Below, piece after piece: positions 27,709 through 35,916 of a stretch of 64,000 nt of DNA. Position 1 is the first letter of the stretch. Each line of letters opens with the position of its first letter. The notes beneath the pieces were generated by a model that saw nothing but the letters and a program-made list of their open reading frames with translations, was not told the origin of the DNA and searched no databases. The translations under genes were made by a program, and so were the position numbers. This DNA is from a bacterium ADurb.Bin243. GTDB taxonomy: Bacteria; Muiribacteriota; UBA9980. The stretch is from the NCBI GenBank assembly GCA_002069765.1, contig MWBZ01000005.1, forward strand, positions 42,214 to 106,213, read 5' to 3'.

Positions 27709-30138
27709 TTGCTTATGATTGAAACCCGTTCTAACGACTTCGGACATGCGGATAGGAAAATAGCCGTCAGCTTCGGCGCGCTGGTTCTCGCGCTCATGCT
27801 GACCGTAGCGGTTGTAGCTTATTTTCTGTACACCCAGCTTCAGTCAAAGGAAGAAGACCGGCTATGCGGCGCGCTTGCGTCTATGTTAAGCGAATCTATA
27901 AGCAAAGTAAGTTTTTCAGGCAAATACCACATGCGCCTGCTTGTAGAGCAAATGAAAGCCCGGATACCGGTTATCGAATCGATATCGGTCGAAAACGCCG
28001 ACGGACTTATAATAGCTCACAGCGATCCGGCGTTCAACGAAAAGCGTGAAGACGGCGCCGGAGTAAAATTGACCCGCGAATGCCTGGATAGCAAAAAAAT
28101 GGTCGTTTCGGAGCACATCCATAACTCGAAGATAATAAAAGAAGTGCTGATGCCTTACCATGGCGGTTTCGATTCGCAGGTTCTTGGCGTCGTCCGCCTC
28201 GGCGTAAACGTCGAAGACGCCCGCGCCGAACAGCGAGCTAATTTCGTCAAGCTTCTGGAACTGATTACCGTGCTTATGTGCGTCGCTATTTTAATAGTTT
28301 TCGCTCTCAGCCGTTATTTTGGAAGGACCGTCCGCGAACTGGCGATGCAGCTTCAGGCCATACTCGATAATTCGCCCGCCCTTATCTATATGAAAGACAG
28401 GGCCGGCCGCTATCTATTTGTAAATCGTCACTGGACGCAACTTTTTCAAACCACCAACGAAACGGCTCGCGGAAAAACCGACCTCGATATTTTTCCTCGC
28501 GAAACCGCTCTTAAATTAATGGAAAACGATCGGATGGTATTTGAAAGCGGCCGTCTCACGGAACTGGAAGAGAACGCTTTTATAGAAGGAGGCATGAGGT
28601 ATTATCAGAGCATTAAAGTCGCGCTGAAAGGCAATGACGGAAATTGCTACGCGCTTTGCGGAATATCCACCGATATTACCGAAAAAAAACGTTCCGAAGA
28701 AGAGCTGCTCGGCCATCGCGAGCATCTTGAAGAGCTGGTCAGGGAACGAACCGTTCAGCTAGCTATGGCGAAGGAAAACGCGGAGGCGGCCAACCGCGCC
28801 AAATCTTTATTTCTGGCCAATATGTCACATGAATTCAGAACGCCGATGAACGCCATATTAGGCTTTGCGCATATTATGGCTCGCGACGCCGGCGTCACTC
28901 TGAGGCAGAAAGAAAACCTCGATATCATAATTAAATCAGGCGAACATCTTCTTACGCTGATTAACGATATACTGGATATCGCCAAAATCGAATCGGGCAG
29001 AATGCAGGTGGAACTTTCCGACTTCGATCTCGGCGAACTTACCGGCGATCTCATGGATATGCTCCGCGTCAAGGTCGAAGCTAAAGGTCTGAAGCTGGTC
29101 TTAGACCAGTCTTCTTCTTTCCCGCGTTTCGTGCGAACCGATATGGCCAAGCTCAGGCAGATAATCATCAATCTCGTCGGAAACGCAGTAAAATTCACGG
29201 ACCAGGGTCAAATAACCATAAAATTAGGCGTGTGCTCTATTTTGAACGGCCGGGCGGGGAATTTTTTGAAATTTGAAATACAGGATACGGGTATCGGTAT
29301 GGACGAAACGGGAGTAAAAAATATTTTCAAGCCTTTCGTTCAGCTCGGGCAGCACGAAGGGACCGGCCTCGGCCTCGCCATAACCCAGCAATATATAAAT
29401 TTAATGGGCGGTTTCATAGAAGTGGAAAGCCAGCCGGGCAAGGGTTCTAAATTCATTTTCGCCGTGTCTTTCGAACCGGCCGAAAGGGATAAAATTAAGA
29501 TGTCGGCTCCGCCGCGCGGCCGCGTGCTGCAAATAGAGAACGCTAAAAATTATAAAGTGCTTATAGTGGAAGATCAGCCGGAAAACAGGCTGCTCATGCA
29601 AAATCTGCTTTCGCCTTTCGGCTTTCAAATTGCCGAAGCTTCCGACGGAATCGAAGGAGTGGCCTTGTTTGAAAAGTTCAGCCCGCACATCATATTTATA
29701 GATCGAAGGATGCCGGGCATAGACGGAATCGAGGCGGTATGTAAAATACGCGGAAAATCGGGGGCGGACGGCGTGATAATAATAGCGGTTACGGCCCACG
29801 CTTTTAAAGAAGAGCGTCAGCAGATGATAGACGCAGGCTGCGACGATTTCATAAGCAAGCCTTTCGGCGCCGACGCGATTTTCGACGTTCTGGAAAAATA
29901 TCTCAAGCTCCGGGTTATACGCGATCAAACCGAGTCGCCGGACGCCGAGAACACTTTAAAACCGGGCGCGGAAGAGTTGTCGAAACTGCCCGCGAAAATG
30001 CTGCGTGAACTCGAAGACGCTCTGATAAAGCTCGATATGAAAAAAATCGAACAATTGATAAGCGACATAAGCGTTAAAATTGCTTGCCGATACGCTTATG
30101 GAAGAAGGATACGAAGTGCGGCCCACGTCCAGCGGTGA
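27709..30138 (+). CDS. Hybrid sensor histidine kinase (TM - sensor - PAS - HisKA - HATPase - REC - short C-terminal helical tail).
   Basis: H-box SHEFRTPMNAILGF. G-boxes DTGIGMD and GLGLAI. REC with VLIVEDQPENR...IFIDRRMPGIDG...ISKPF. Confidence 0.85.
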   Translation: MLMIETRSNDFGHADRKIAVSFGALVLALMLTVAVVAYFLYTQLQSKEEDRLCGALASMLSESISKVSFSGKYHMRLLVEQMKARIPVIESISVENADGLIIAHSDPAFNEKREDGAGVKLTRECLDSKKMVVSEHIHNSKIIKEVLMPYHGGFDSQVLGVVRLGVNVEDARAEQRANFVKLLELITVLMCVAILIVFALSRYFGRTVRELAMQLQAILDNSPALIYMKDRAGRYLFVNRHWTQLFQTTNETARGKTDLDIFPRETALKLMENDRMVFESGRLTELEENAFIEGGMRYYQSIKVALKGNDGNCYALCGISTDITEKKRSEEELLGHREHLEELVRERTVQLAMAKENAEAANRAKSLFLANMSHEFRTPMNAILGFAHIMARDAGVTLRQKENLDIIIKSGEHLLTLINDILDIAKIESGRMQVELSDFDLGELTGDLMDMLRVKVEAKGLKLVLDQSSSFPRFVRTDMAKLRQIIINLVGNAVKFTDQGQITIKLGVCSILNGRAGNFLKFEIQDTGIGMDETGVKNIFKPFVQLGQHEGTGLGLAITQQYINLMGGFIEVESQPGKGSKFIFAVSFEPAERDKIKMSAPPRGRVLQIENAKNYKVLIVEDQPENRLLMQNLLSPFGFQIAEASDGIEGVALFEKFSPHIIFIDRRMPGIDGIEAVCKIRGKSGADGVIIIAVTAHAFKEERQQMIDAGCDDFISKPFGADAIFDVLEKYLKLRVIRDQTESPDAENTLKPGAEELSKLPAKMLRELEDALIKLDMKKIEQLISDISVKIACRYAYGRRIRSAAHVQR

Positions 30139-31540
30139 ACGCGCTTTGATGGCGGTTCAGGCCCAGCAGCCCGAATTGATAATTCTCGATTTACGAATGC
30201 CGGGCATGGACGGTTTCGAAGTCTGCCGAAGGCTGAAAGAGCAGCCTGAAATTCGTGACATACCTGTTTTATTTTTGAGCGCGGCTTCCGAAGTCGAAGA
30301 GCGCGTTAAAGGCTTTTCAATGGGAGCCGTAGATTTCATAACCAAGCCTTTTCAGCGTGATGAAATGCTGGCCAGAGTCAGGACTCATCTTCAATTGAGC
30401 CGCCTTCAAAACAGGCTGGAAGCTATGGTCGGGCAGAGAACGGCCGAGCTCAACGTTTCAAACGATTGCCTTCAAAAAGAACTCGAGGAAAAAATCGCCG
30501 CGGAAGAATCTTTGAAGGAAAGCGAACAACGGTTCAGGCAGATGATAGAAATGTCGCCTTATGCGGTGGCGTTGAGCGACGCGGAAGACAACATAGAATA
30601 TCTGAACGGTAAATTCGTCGAAACCTTCGGGTATGGCCCGCAAGAGCTGACTACGGTAAAAAAATGGTGGCTTCTTGCACATCCCGATGAAAAATACCGC
30701 GAATCGATTATCGCTCAATGGCGCGAGAAAATAGACATGGCTTTTAAAAACCATCGCGAAGTCGAGCCTACTACCGTCGATGTTACATGTAAAGACGGTG
30801 AAGTTAAAACAATAGAAATATCGGCTTCGCTGATCGGCGATAAAGCGCTCGTAGTTTTTCACGACGTTACCGAAAGAAAACAAAGCGAGGAAAGGCTTAA
30901 AACATCTTTAAAAGAGAAAGAAACGCTTCTGCGGGAATTGTATCACAGGACAAAAAATAATATGCAGGTTATTTGTTCGCTTCTGACTTTAAAAATGATC
31001 GATTCCGACGACGAAAAATTAAAAGACGAGTTTCGCGAAATGGAAAGCAGGATACATTCCATGGCCCTGGTGCATCAGAAATTATACAGTTCCAAAAACC
31101 TTTCGATTATTAATCTAGGAGAATATATCAGCGAACTTTCCGGCGCGCTCTTGAGCAACCGGAAAACGCCGCCGGAAAAGGTTACGATAGACGAGAACGT
31201 CGACGATATAAATATATTTATCGACGTTGCCGTGCCTTTAGGGCTTATAATCAACGAGCTTATATCCAACGCTTTGAAACATGCGTTTCCCGGGGGAAAA
31301 ACCGGCAGAATAACCATAACGGGAAAAAAATATGAAGATGAAATAATAGAACTGAAAATCGCCGACGACGGAATCGGGCTCACGCCCGGAATCGATCTTA
31401 GAAAGGCATGCGGCCTTGGAATGAAAAGCGTGTTCGCGCTAGCCGAATATCAGATGCGCGCCGCAATAAGCTATGAATCTTCCTGCGGATTATCATTCAC
31501 TCTTAAATTTAAGAACGCTATGCATGGCGAACGCTTATAA
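30080..31540 (+). CDS. REC (lacking the first beta-strand as annotated) - PAS - HisKA_2/HATPase histidine kinase. The start is uncertain (TTG at 30080 or ATG at 30098) and overlaps the upstream ORF by 41-59 nt.
   Basis: ILDLRMPGMDG...LSAASE...ITKPF REC core; PAS; HRTKNNMQVICSLLTL (HisKA_2 H-box); ATP-lid region. Confidence 0.7.
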   Translation: MLADTLMEEGYEVRPTSSGERALMAVQAQQPELIILDLRMPGMDGFEVCRRLKEQPEIRDIPVLFLSAASEVEERVKGFSMGAVDFITKPFQRDEMLARVRTHLQLSRLQNRLEAMVGQRTAELNVSNDCLQKELEEKIAAEESLKESEQRFRQMIEMSPYAVALSDAEDNIEYLNGKFVETFGYGPQELTTVKKWWLLAHPDEKYRESIIAQWREKIDMAFKNHREVEPTTVDVTCKDGEVKTIEISASLIGDKALVVFHDVTERKQSEERLKTSLKEKETLLRELYHRTKNNMQVICSLLTLKMIDSDDEKLKDEFREMESRIHSMALVHQKLYSSKNLSIINLGEYISELSGALLSNRKTPPEKVTIDENVDDINIFIDVAVPLGLIINELISNALKHAFPGGKTGRITITGKKYEDEIIELKIADDGIGLTPGIDLRKACGLGMKSVFALAEYQMRAAISYESSCGLSFTLKFKNAMHGERL

Positions 31541-31619
31541 ATACTCCGGAAAAAAGTCCAACATTTTTACCCAGGTTTGCCTGCCACAGCTAAGCTTTTT
31601 TGAAAAAAGCGAAAATTTC

Positions 31620-31649
31620 TTGACAAAATTAACCGTCTTGTGATAAAAT
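31620..31649 (+). promoter_or_regulatory. Sigma70-like promoter (TTGACA-17nt-ATAAAAT) upstream of the Cys-rich gene.
   Basis: ttgaca aaattaaccgtcttgtg ataaaat read directly. GGAGG lies 9 nt before the ATG at 31687. Confidence 0.5.
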
Positions 31650-31686
31650 TCACTCATCAAAAAAAAATTATTTTGGAGGATATTCA

Positions 31687-32298
31687 ATGAAAAAACAGTT
31701 TTCCATCATCGCGGTAGTTCTTTTAGTTTCCTTTATGTTCGTAGCAGCGGCGTTCGCCGGCGACGAAATGTATTCCGACAAATCGGTTAAAGCGCTTTTC
31801 TCGAAAAAAGTCAATGAAAAACCCACCAGCCTCGTTCATTTCGCTAAAAAACAGGCTCCCTGCGCTACAGAATGCACCGCTTGCCCCGGCTGCCCTTCAA
31901 AAGCCGAAGCAAAACCCGAAGTTAAAGCTGAATGCGTAAAATGCAATGCTGCTCCCTGCAAATGCGAAGTTAAAGCCGTTTGCAAATGCGGCGTAGCTGA
32001 ATGCAAATGCGGATGCATCTCCGGCGCTCCCTGCTCATGCGAAGCGAAACTCGAAGCTCCTAAAGTTGAAAACACCGCAGTAGAAAACGCTCCCGTTGAA
32101 AAAAAAGAAGTTAAAAAAGTTAAAAAATCTAAAAAATCAAAAAGATCGAAAAAAGCTAAAAAAGCCGCCGCTGAAAAAGCAGCTGCTGAAAAAGTAGAAG
32201 CTCCTAAAGCCGAAGCTGAAAAAACGGAAGCTCCCAAAGCCGAAGAAGCTCCTAAAGCCGAAGAAGCTCCTAAAGTAGAAGCTACCGAAAAAAAATAG
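31687..32298 (+). CDS. Secreted low-complexity protein: signal peptide, a Cys-rich block (17 Cys in ~75 aa), a Lys-rich block and PKAEEA repeats.
   Basis: MKKQFSIIAVVLLVSFMFVAAAFA signal. CATECTACPGCPS...CVKCNAAPCKCEVKAVCKCGVAECKCGCISGAPCSC. KKVKKSKKSKRSKKAKK. EAPKAEEAPKAEEAPKVE. Confidence 0.6.
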   Translation: MKKQFSIIAVVLLVSFMFVAAAFAGDEMYSDKSVKALFSKKVNEKPTSLVHFAKKQAPCATECTACPGCPSKAEAKPEVKAECVKCNAAPCKCEVKAVCKCGVAECKCGCISGAPCSCEAKLEAPKVENTAVENAPVEKKEVKKVKKSKKSKRSKKAKKAAAEKAAAEKVEAPKAEAEKTEAPKAEEAPKAEEAPKVEATEKK

Positions 32299-32455
32299 TT
32301 TTATAGTTATTTAGAGTATCGATCTTAAATAACGGAAAAAGCGCTTTTTAGATATTCTGAAGAGCGCTTTTTCAATAAGGACAATATAATTTTTCGTATG
32401 ATGCAGTCCCGATTATTCCAAGCGCGGAGAAAACGCGCCGGAACGGAGAGTTGAT

Positions 32456-33193
32456 TTGAGTAATAACGCTAAATTCAAAGGATTTTCAAAACTCGCATTC
32501 GGTTTTCTGGCCGGACTCAAAGAAAACAACAACAAGGAATGGTTCGAAAGCAACCGCGCGACTTATCAGAACGAACTGATCATGCCAATGCGTAACCTGG
32601 TGAACGATTTAAGCGAGTTTATTATAAGCATGGATTACAATCTGGACGTGACTCCCGCAATAGGAAAAACCATTTCGCGCATCTATAAAGACGCCCGAAG
32701 GCTCCGCGGCGGTCCCCCTTATAAAAAAAGCATGTGGATAGCTTTTAAAAGGCCTCTCGAGGAATGGAAAGAATCCCCTACTTTTTATATAGAAATTTTT
32801 TCGGATTCATATAGTTATGGAATGGGATTTTACAGCGCTCCAAAAGATATGATGGAACTGTTCCGCGAGCAATTAGCGAAAAACCCGGCCGAATTTTTAG
32901 ACGCCATTTCGTTTTACAAAAATGAAAAAAAATTCGAGCTGTACGGCGATTATTATAAAAAGATAAAGCCTGACGGCATCGCGCCTGAGGTTTTTGAATG
33001 GTATAGAAAAAAAAGCTTTTATCTTTCGTGCGATAACAACCCCGTCGACGGCGTTATTACTTCGCCGAAATTCGTCGACGTCGTGACTCGCGATTTTGCG
33101 AGGCTAGCGCCGCTTTACCATTATTTATGGAAATTAAAAACTAGGGCCCGCGCGGCCAATGAAAAATTCATTAACAAAACTTATTATACATAA
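32456..33193 (+). CDS. DUF2461/TIGR02453-family-like conserved hypothetical protein.
   Basis: FGFLAGLKENNNKEWFESNRATYQ is the characteristic N-terminal motif of that family. Tentative. Confidence 0.5.
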   Translation: MSNNAKFKGFSKLAFGFLAGLKENNNKEWFESNRATYQNELIMPMRNLVNDLSEFIISMDYNLDVTPAIGKTISRIYKDARRLRGGPPYKKSMWIAFKRPLEEWKESPTFYIEIFSDSYSYGMGFYSAPKDMMELFREQLAKNPAEFLDAISFYKNEKKFELYGDYYKKIKPDGIAPEVFEWYRKKSFYLSCDNNPVDGVITSPKFVDVVTRDFARLAPLYHYLWKLKTRARAANEKFINKTYYT

Positions 33194-33207
33194 GCCTGCC
33201 CGCGATC

Positions 33208-33240
33208 CGCGGCCGTAAAATATGCGGCCGCGAATTTTTT
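33208..33240 (+). terminator. Rho-independent terminator: 8-bp GC stem (cgcggccg / cggccgcg), 9-nt loop, then aatttttt.
   Basis: Read directly downstream of the 32456-33193 gene. Confidence 0.6.
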
Positions 33241-34105
33241 AATAGCTGGTAGTGCGGTCGATTATCCCCTTTGAGCGCGCCAGCATGCTCATATAGTTAA
33301 AAAACAATATCGAGAAAATAAATAATACTACGGTGGAAATGCCGAGCCGCGCCATGAGAGCGCCGGTGGATATTCCATGCCATACGCCGTCTATGGTTTT
33401 ATCCGTGCCGAGAATCAGCCGCCTTGAAATTTCGAGCCAGTAGGAAACAGGTATCACGGCAGATATTTTCTGCAACCATTCAGGAAGGGCGCTTATCGGA
33501 AATATGACGCCGCAGGAAATGAAAAATATGCCCGAAACGCTTTCAGACATCATATTGCCGTGCCGCGCCATCACCAGAGTTAACGCGCACATGATTATTC
33601 CCATGAAGAAAATCGAAACCAGGCCGACCGCGAATGAAAGAGCGAAAGTCGGAACCGAAGCGGCGCTCATTCCGAATTTAAGAGGAAGAAACAACGCGCC
33701 CGCGGCTATAGTCACCGCGCATGAAACGCTCGCCACTATAAAGCGCGCGAAACCGCGTCCAATAAAGTATAAATACCAGTTTACGGGTGAAATGTAAATA
33801 TACTTTATGACTTCGTAGTGCTCGCGGTCCTCGAAAATGACCTGGCTTATTCCGAACAGCACGTTATAAACGTAGAGGTATATAACGTTGCCTATGAAGA
33901 AAAAGTTGAAAAAATCAGCAGAAGCCGAGGGGCCGAGCGCGAAGCGGAACATGAAAATGATTATGAACAGCGACGCCAGAGGCCTTATTATGGTTATGAC
34001 CGCGAATATCCATGGATCGGCCCAGTTGGATTCGAGCTGCCAGCCGAGCCAGGCGGCGCTTTTGACTATCGCGGCAAATCTGCGGTAAATATCCTTTACT
34101 GCCAT
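33239..34105 (-). CDS. ABC-2 type exporter permease.
   Basis: 6-TM integral membrane protein, last gene of the operon. Confidence 0.75.
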   Translation of the reverse strand: MAVKDIYRRFAAIVKSAAWLGWQLESNWADPWIFAVITIIRPLASLFIIIFMFRFALGPSASADFFNFFFIGNVIYLYVYNVLFGISQVIFEDREHYEVIKYIYISPVNWYLYFIGRGFARFIVASVSCAVTIAAGALFLPLKFGMSAASVPTFALSFAVGLVSIFFMGIIMCALTLVMARHGNMMSESVSGIFFISCGVIFPISALPEWLQKISAVIPVSYWLEISRRLILGTDKTIDGVWHGISTGALMARLGISTVVLFIFSILFFNYMSMLARSKGIIDRTTSY

Positions 34106-34917
34106 CTGAGAGTGAGCCTCCCTTCGCGCCGGCCAATATATTCTAGTTTTTTGAGTAAATATTTAGCGCCGGCGAGATATAAGGCGCTAAGCGCGACAAG
34201 TATTAAAATTTCGGTTTTGACCGGTAGAAACGCAGTGTCGGGGCCCAATTTGAAAGCCAGCTGCCTCATGGCGTCGAGGCCTAAAGTAATGGGGATGAGC
34301 GACGCCAGCGCGCCCAGCGGATAACCCAGCGTTTTGACGGGAAAGTAGAACCCGCTCAGGAAAAATACCGGCTCCATAAAAACCGTCAGTATATTCCAGG
34401 CGTCGCGGCCGTAAAGCAGAAAAAAAGACGCCATCATCATTCCAAGGCTGAAAACCGCCGCTATGGTCAAAATAAAAGTGGCGAAAAGCCAGAAATAAGA
34501 AGCCACATGAAGCGTTATGCCGAAGATGAGCTTGCCGATCATAAAAGTTATTATAACTCTGAAGAAAGTCGAAAAACCCGAACCCAGGGCCATTCCTACA
34601 AGAACCGCCATGGTGCTCATCGGGCAGAGCATGTACAGCGTGAGATTGCCCGATTCCCGCTCCCAGAAAAACTGCGCCGCCATTCCCCATAAAACGTTCA
34701 TCCAGATCGCAGTCATAGCGCCGCCTAAAATAACGAACCCCAGGTAGTCCGACGGCGCGTTCATAGATTTATAGACGAACGCGAAAGAGCATATGGGAAG
34801 CAGCGGAAAGAAAAGTTCGAATATAAGCCATGACGGCTCGCGATTTACGCCGACTATGCGCACATAGGCCCTGGCCCATATTCCGCGAAGGTTTTTAATC
34901 AGCTCGTTCATGCTCAC
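34096..34917 (-). CDS. ABC-2 type exporter permease.
   Basis: 6-TM; overlaps neighbours. Confidence 0.75.
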   Translation of the reverse strand: MSMNELIKNLRGIWARAYVRIVGVNREPSWLIFELFFPLLPICSFAFVYKSMNAPSDYLGFVILGGAMTAIWMNVLWGMAAQFFWERESGNLTLYMLCPMSTMAVLVGMALGSGFSTFFRVIITFMIGKLIFGITLHVASYFWLFATFILTIAAVFSLGMMMASFFLLYGRDAWNILTVFMEPVFFLSGFYFPVKTLGYPLGALASLIPITLGLDAMRQLAFKLGPDTAFLPVKTEILILVALSALYLAGAKYLLKKLEYIGRREGRLTLRWQ

Positions 34918-35915
34918 AGCGTATCGCCCTCCCCGCCGGATAAGCGCCTGCCGACGAGCTTTATAAAAGCGTCTTCGAGCGTGAATTCCTTTTTTTGAAT
35001 ATTGTTTATTGAAAAACTTAAGGAATTGATCTTTTCGATTATTCTGGCGAGCGCCGAATCGTCCGAAAGATTGAAAATCATTTCTATCAAGCCCTGCTCG
35101 TTCAATACTGAATGCGCGAAAGAGCTCACGCCGGGCAGCGTTCTTAAAATCTGCGGATCGAAATCGCGGTAGGCGACGTTTATTGTATATGAAACTCCCC
35201 CGGCTTCCTGTTTTTTTAAATTTTTAGGCGTATCGTTGGCCAGTATCCTGCCGTGGTCGATTATGGCGAGTTTGCCGCACATCTCGTCGGCTTCCTGCAT
35301 ATAGTGGGTGGTTAAAATAACGGTTTTGGGTTCGGAAGCGTTTTTTACCCAGTCGGTAACGAATTTGCGGGTTTCGCGGGCGGCGTTCACGTCCAGCCCG
35401 AGCGTGGGTTCGTCCAGAAAAAGTATTTTCGGATCGGTTACGAACCCCCTTATGAAATTCATCTTCTGCCGCATTCCCGTCGAGAGCTTGTTGATTTTGG
35501 TGTCGGCTTTTTCGCTTAAATTCATTATTTCGAGAAGGTCTTTGATTTTAGCCATGGCCTGTTTCGTGGGGATTCCGTAAAACTGGGTGAACATCCACAG
35601 GTTTTCGGCCACCGTTAATATGCCGTAGCCGCAGTTTTCGCCGCCAGAAACCATATTTATTATAGGCCTTATTTTTTCGTATTCGTTGTCGACGTTATAA
35701 CCGGCCACCAGGGCTTCTCCGGCCGTAGGAAGCAGCAGGGTGGACAATATTTTTATAAGCGTGGTTTTACCCGCCCCGTTAGGGCCCAGAAGCCCGTAAA
35801 TACATCCTTCGGGTATTTCGAGGCTGACGTCGCGAAGCGCCCAGAAATTTTTGTCTTTGGCGCCGGAGTCCGCAAAAGCTCGTGACAGATCAGTTGTTTT
35901 AATCGCAATCGACAT
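34914..35915 (-). CDS. ABC transporter ATP-binding protein.
   Basis: GPNGAGKTTL, LSTGMRQKMNFIRGF, LFLDEPTLGLD. Confidence 0.85.
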   Translation of the reverse strand: MSIAIKTTDLSRAFADSGAKDKNFWALRDVSLEIPEGCIYGLLGPNGAGKTTLIKILSTLLLPTAGEALVAGYNVDNEYEKIRPIINMVSGGENCGYGILTVAENLWMFTQFYGIPTKQAMAKIKDLLEIMNLSEKADTKINKLSTGMRQKMNFIRGFVTDPKILFLDEPTLGLDVNAARETRKFVTDWVKNASEPKTVILTTHYMQEADEMCGKLAIIDHGRILANDTPKNLKKQEAGGVSYTINVAYRDFDPQILRTLPGVSSFAHSVLNEQGLIEMIFNLSDDSALARIIEKINSLSFSINNIQKKEFTLEDAFIKLVGRRLSGGEGDTL

Positions 35916-35916
35916 T

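Noticed and set aside
32333-32376. Two palindromic aaaaagcgcttttt motifs after the Cys-rich gene, as possible terminators.
   Set aside because: The stems are almost entirely A:T with only a gcgc core, so they are too weak to call confidently. A weak bidirectional terminator remains possible.
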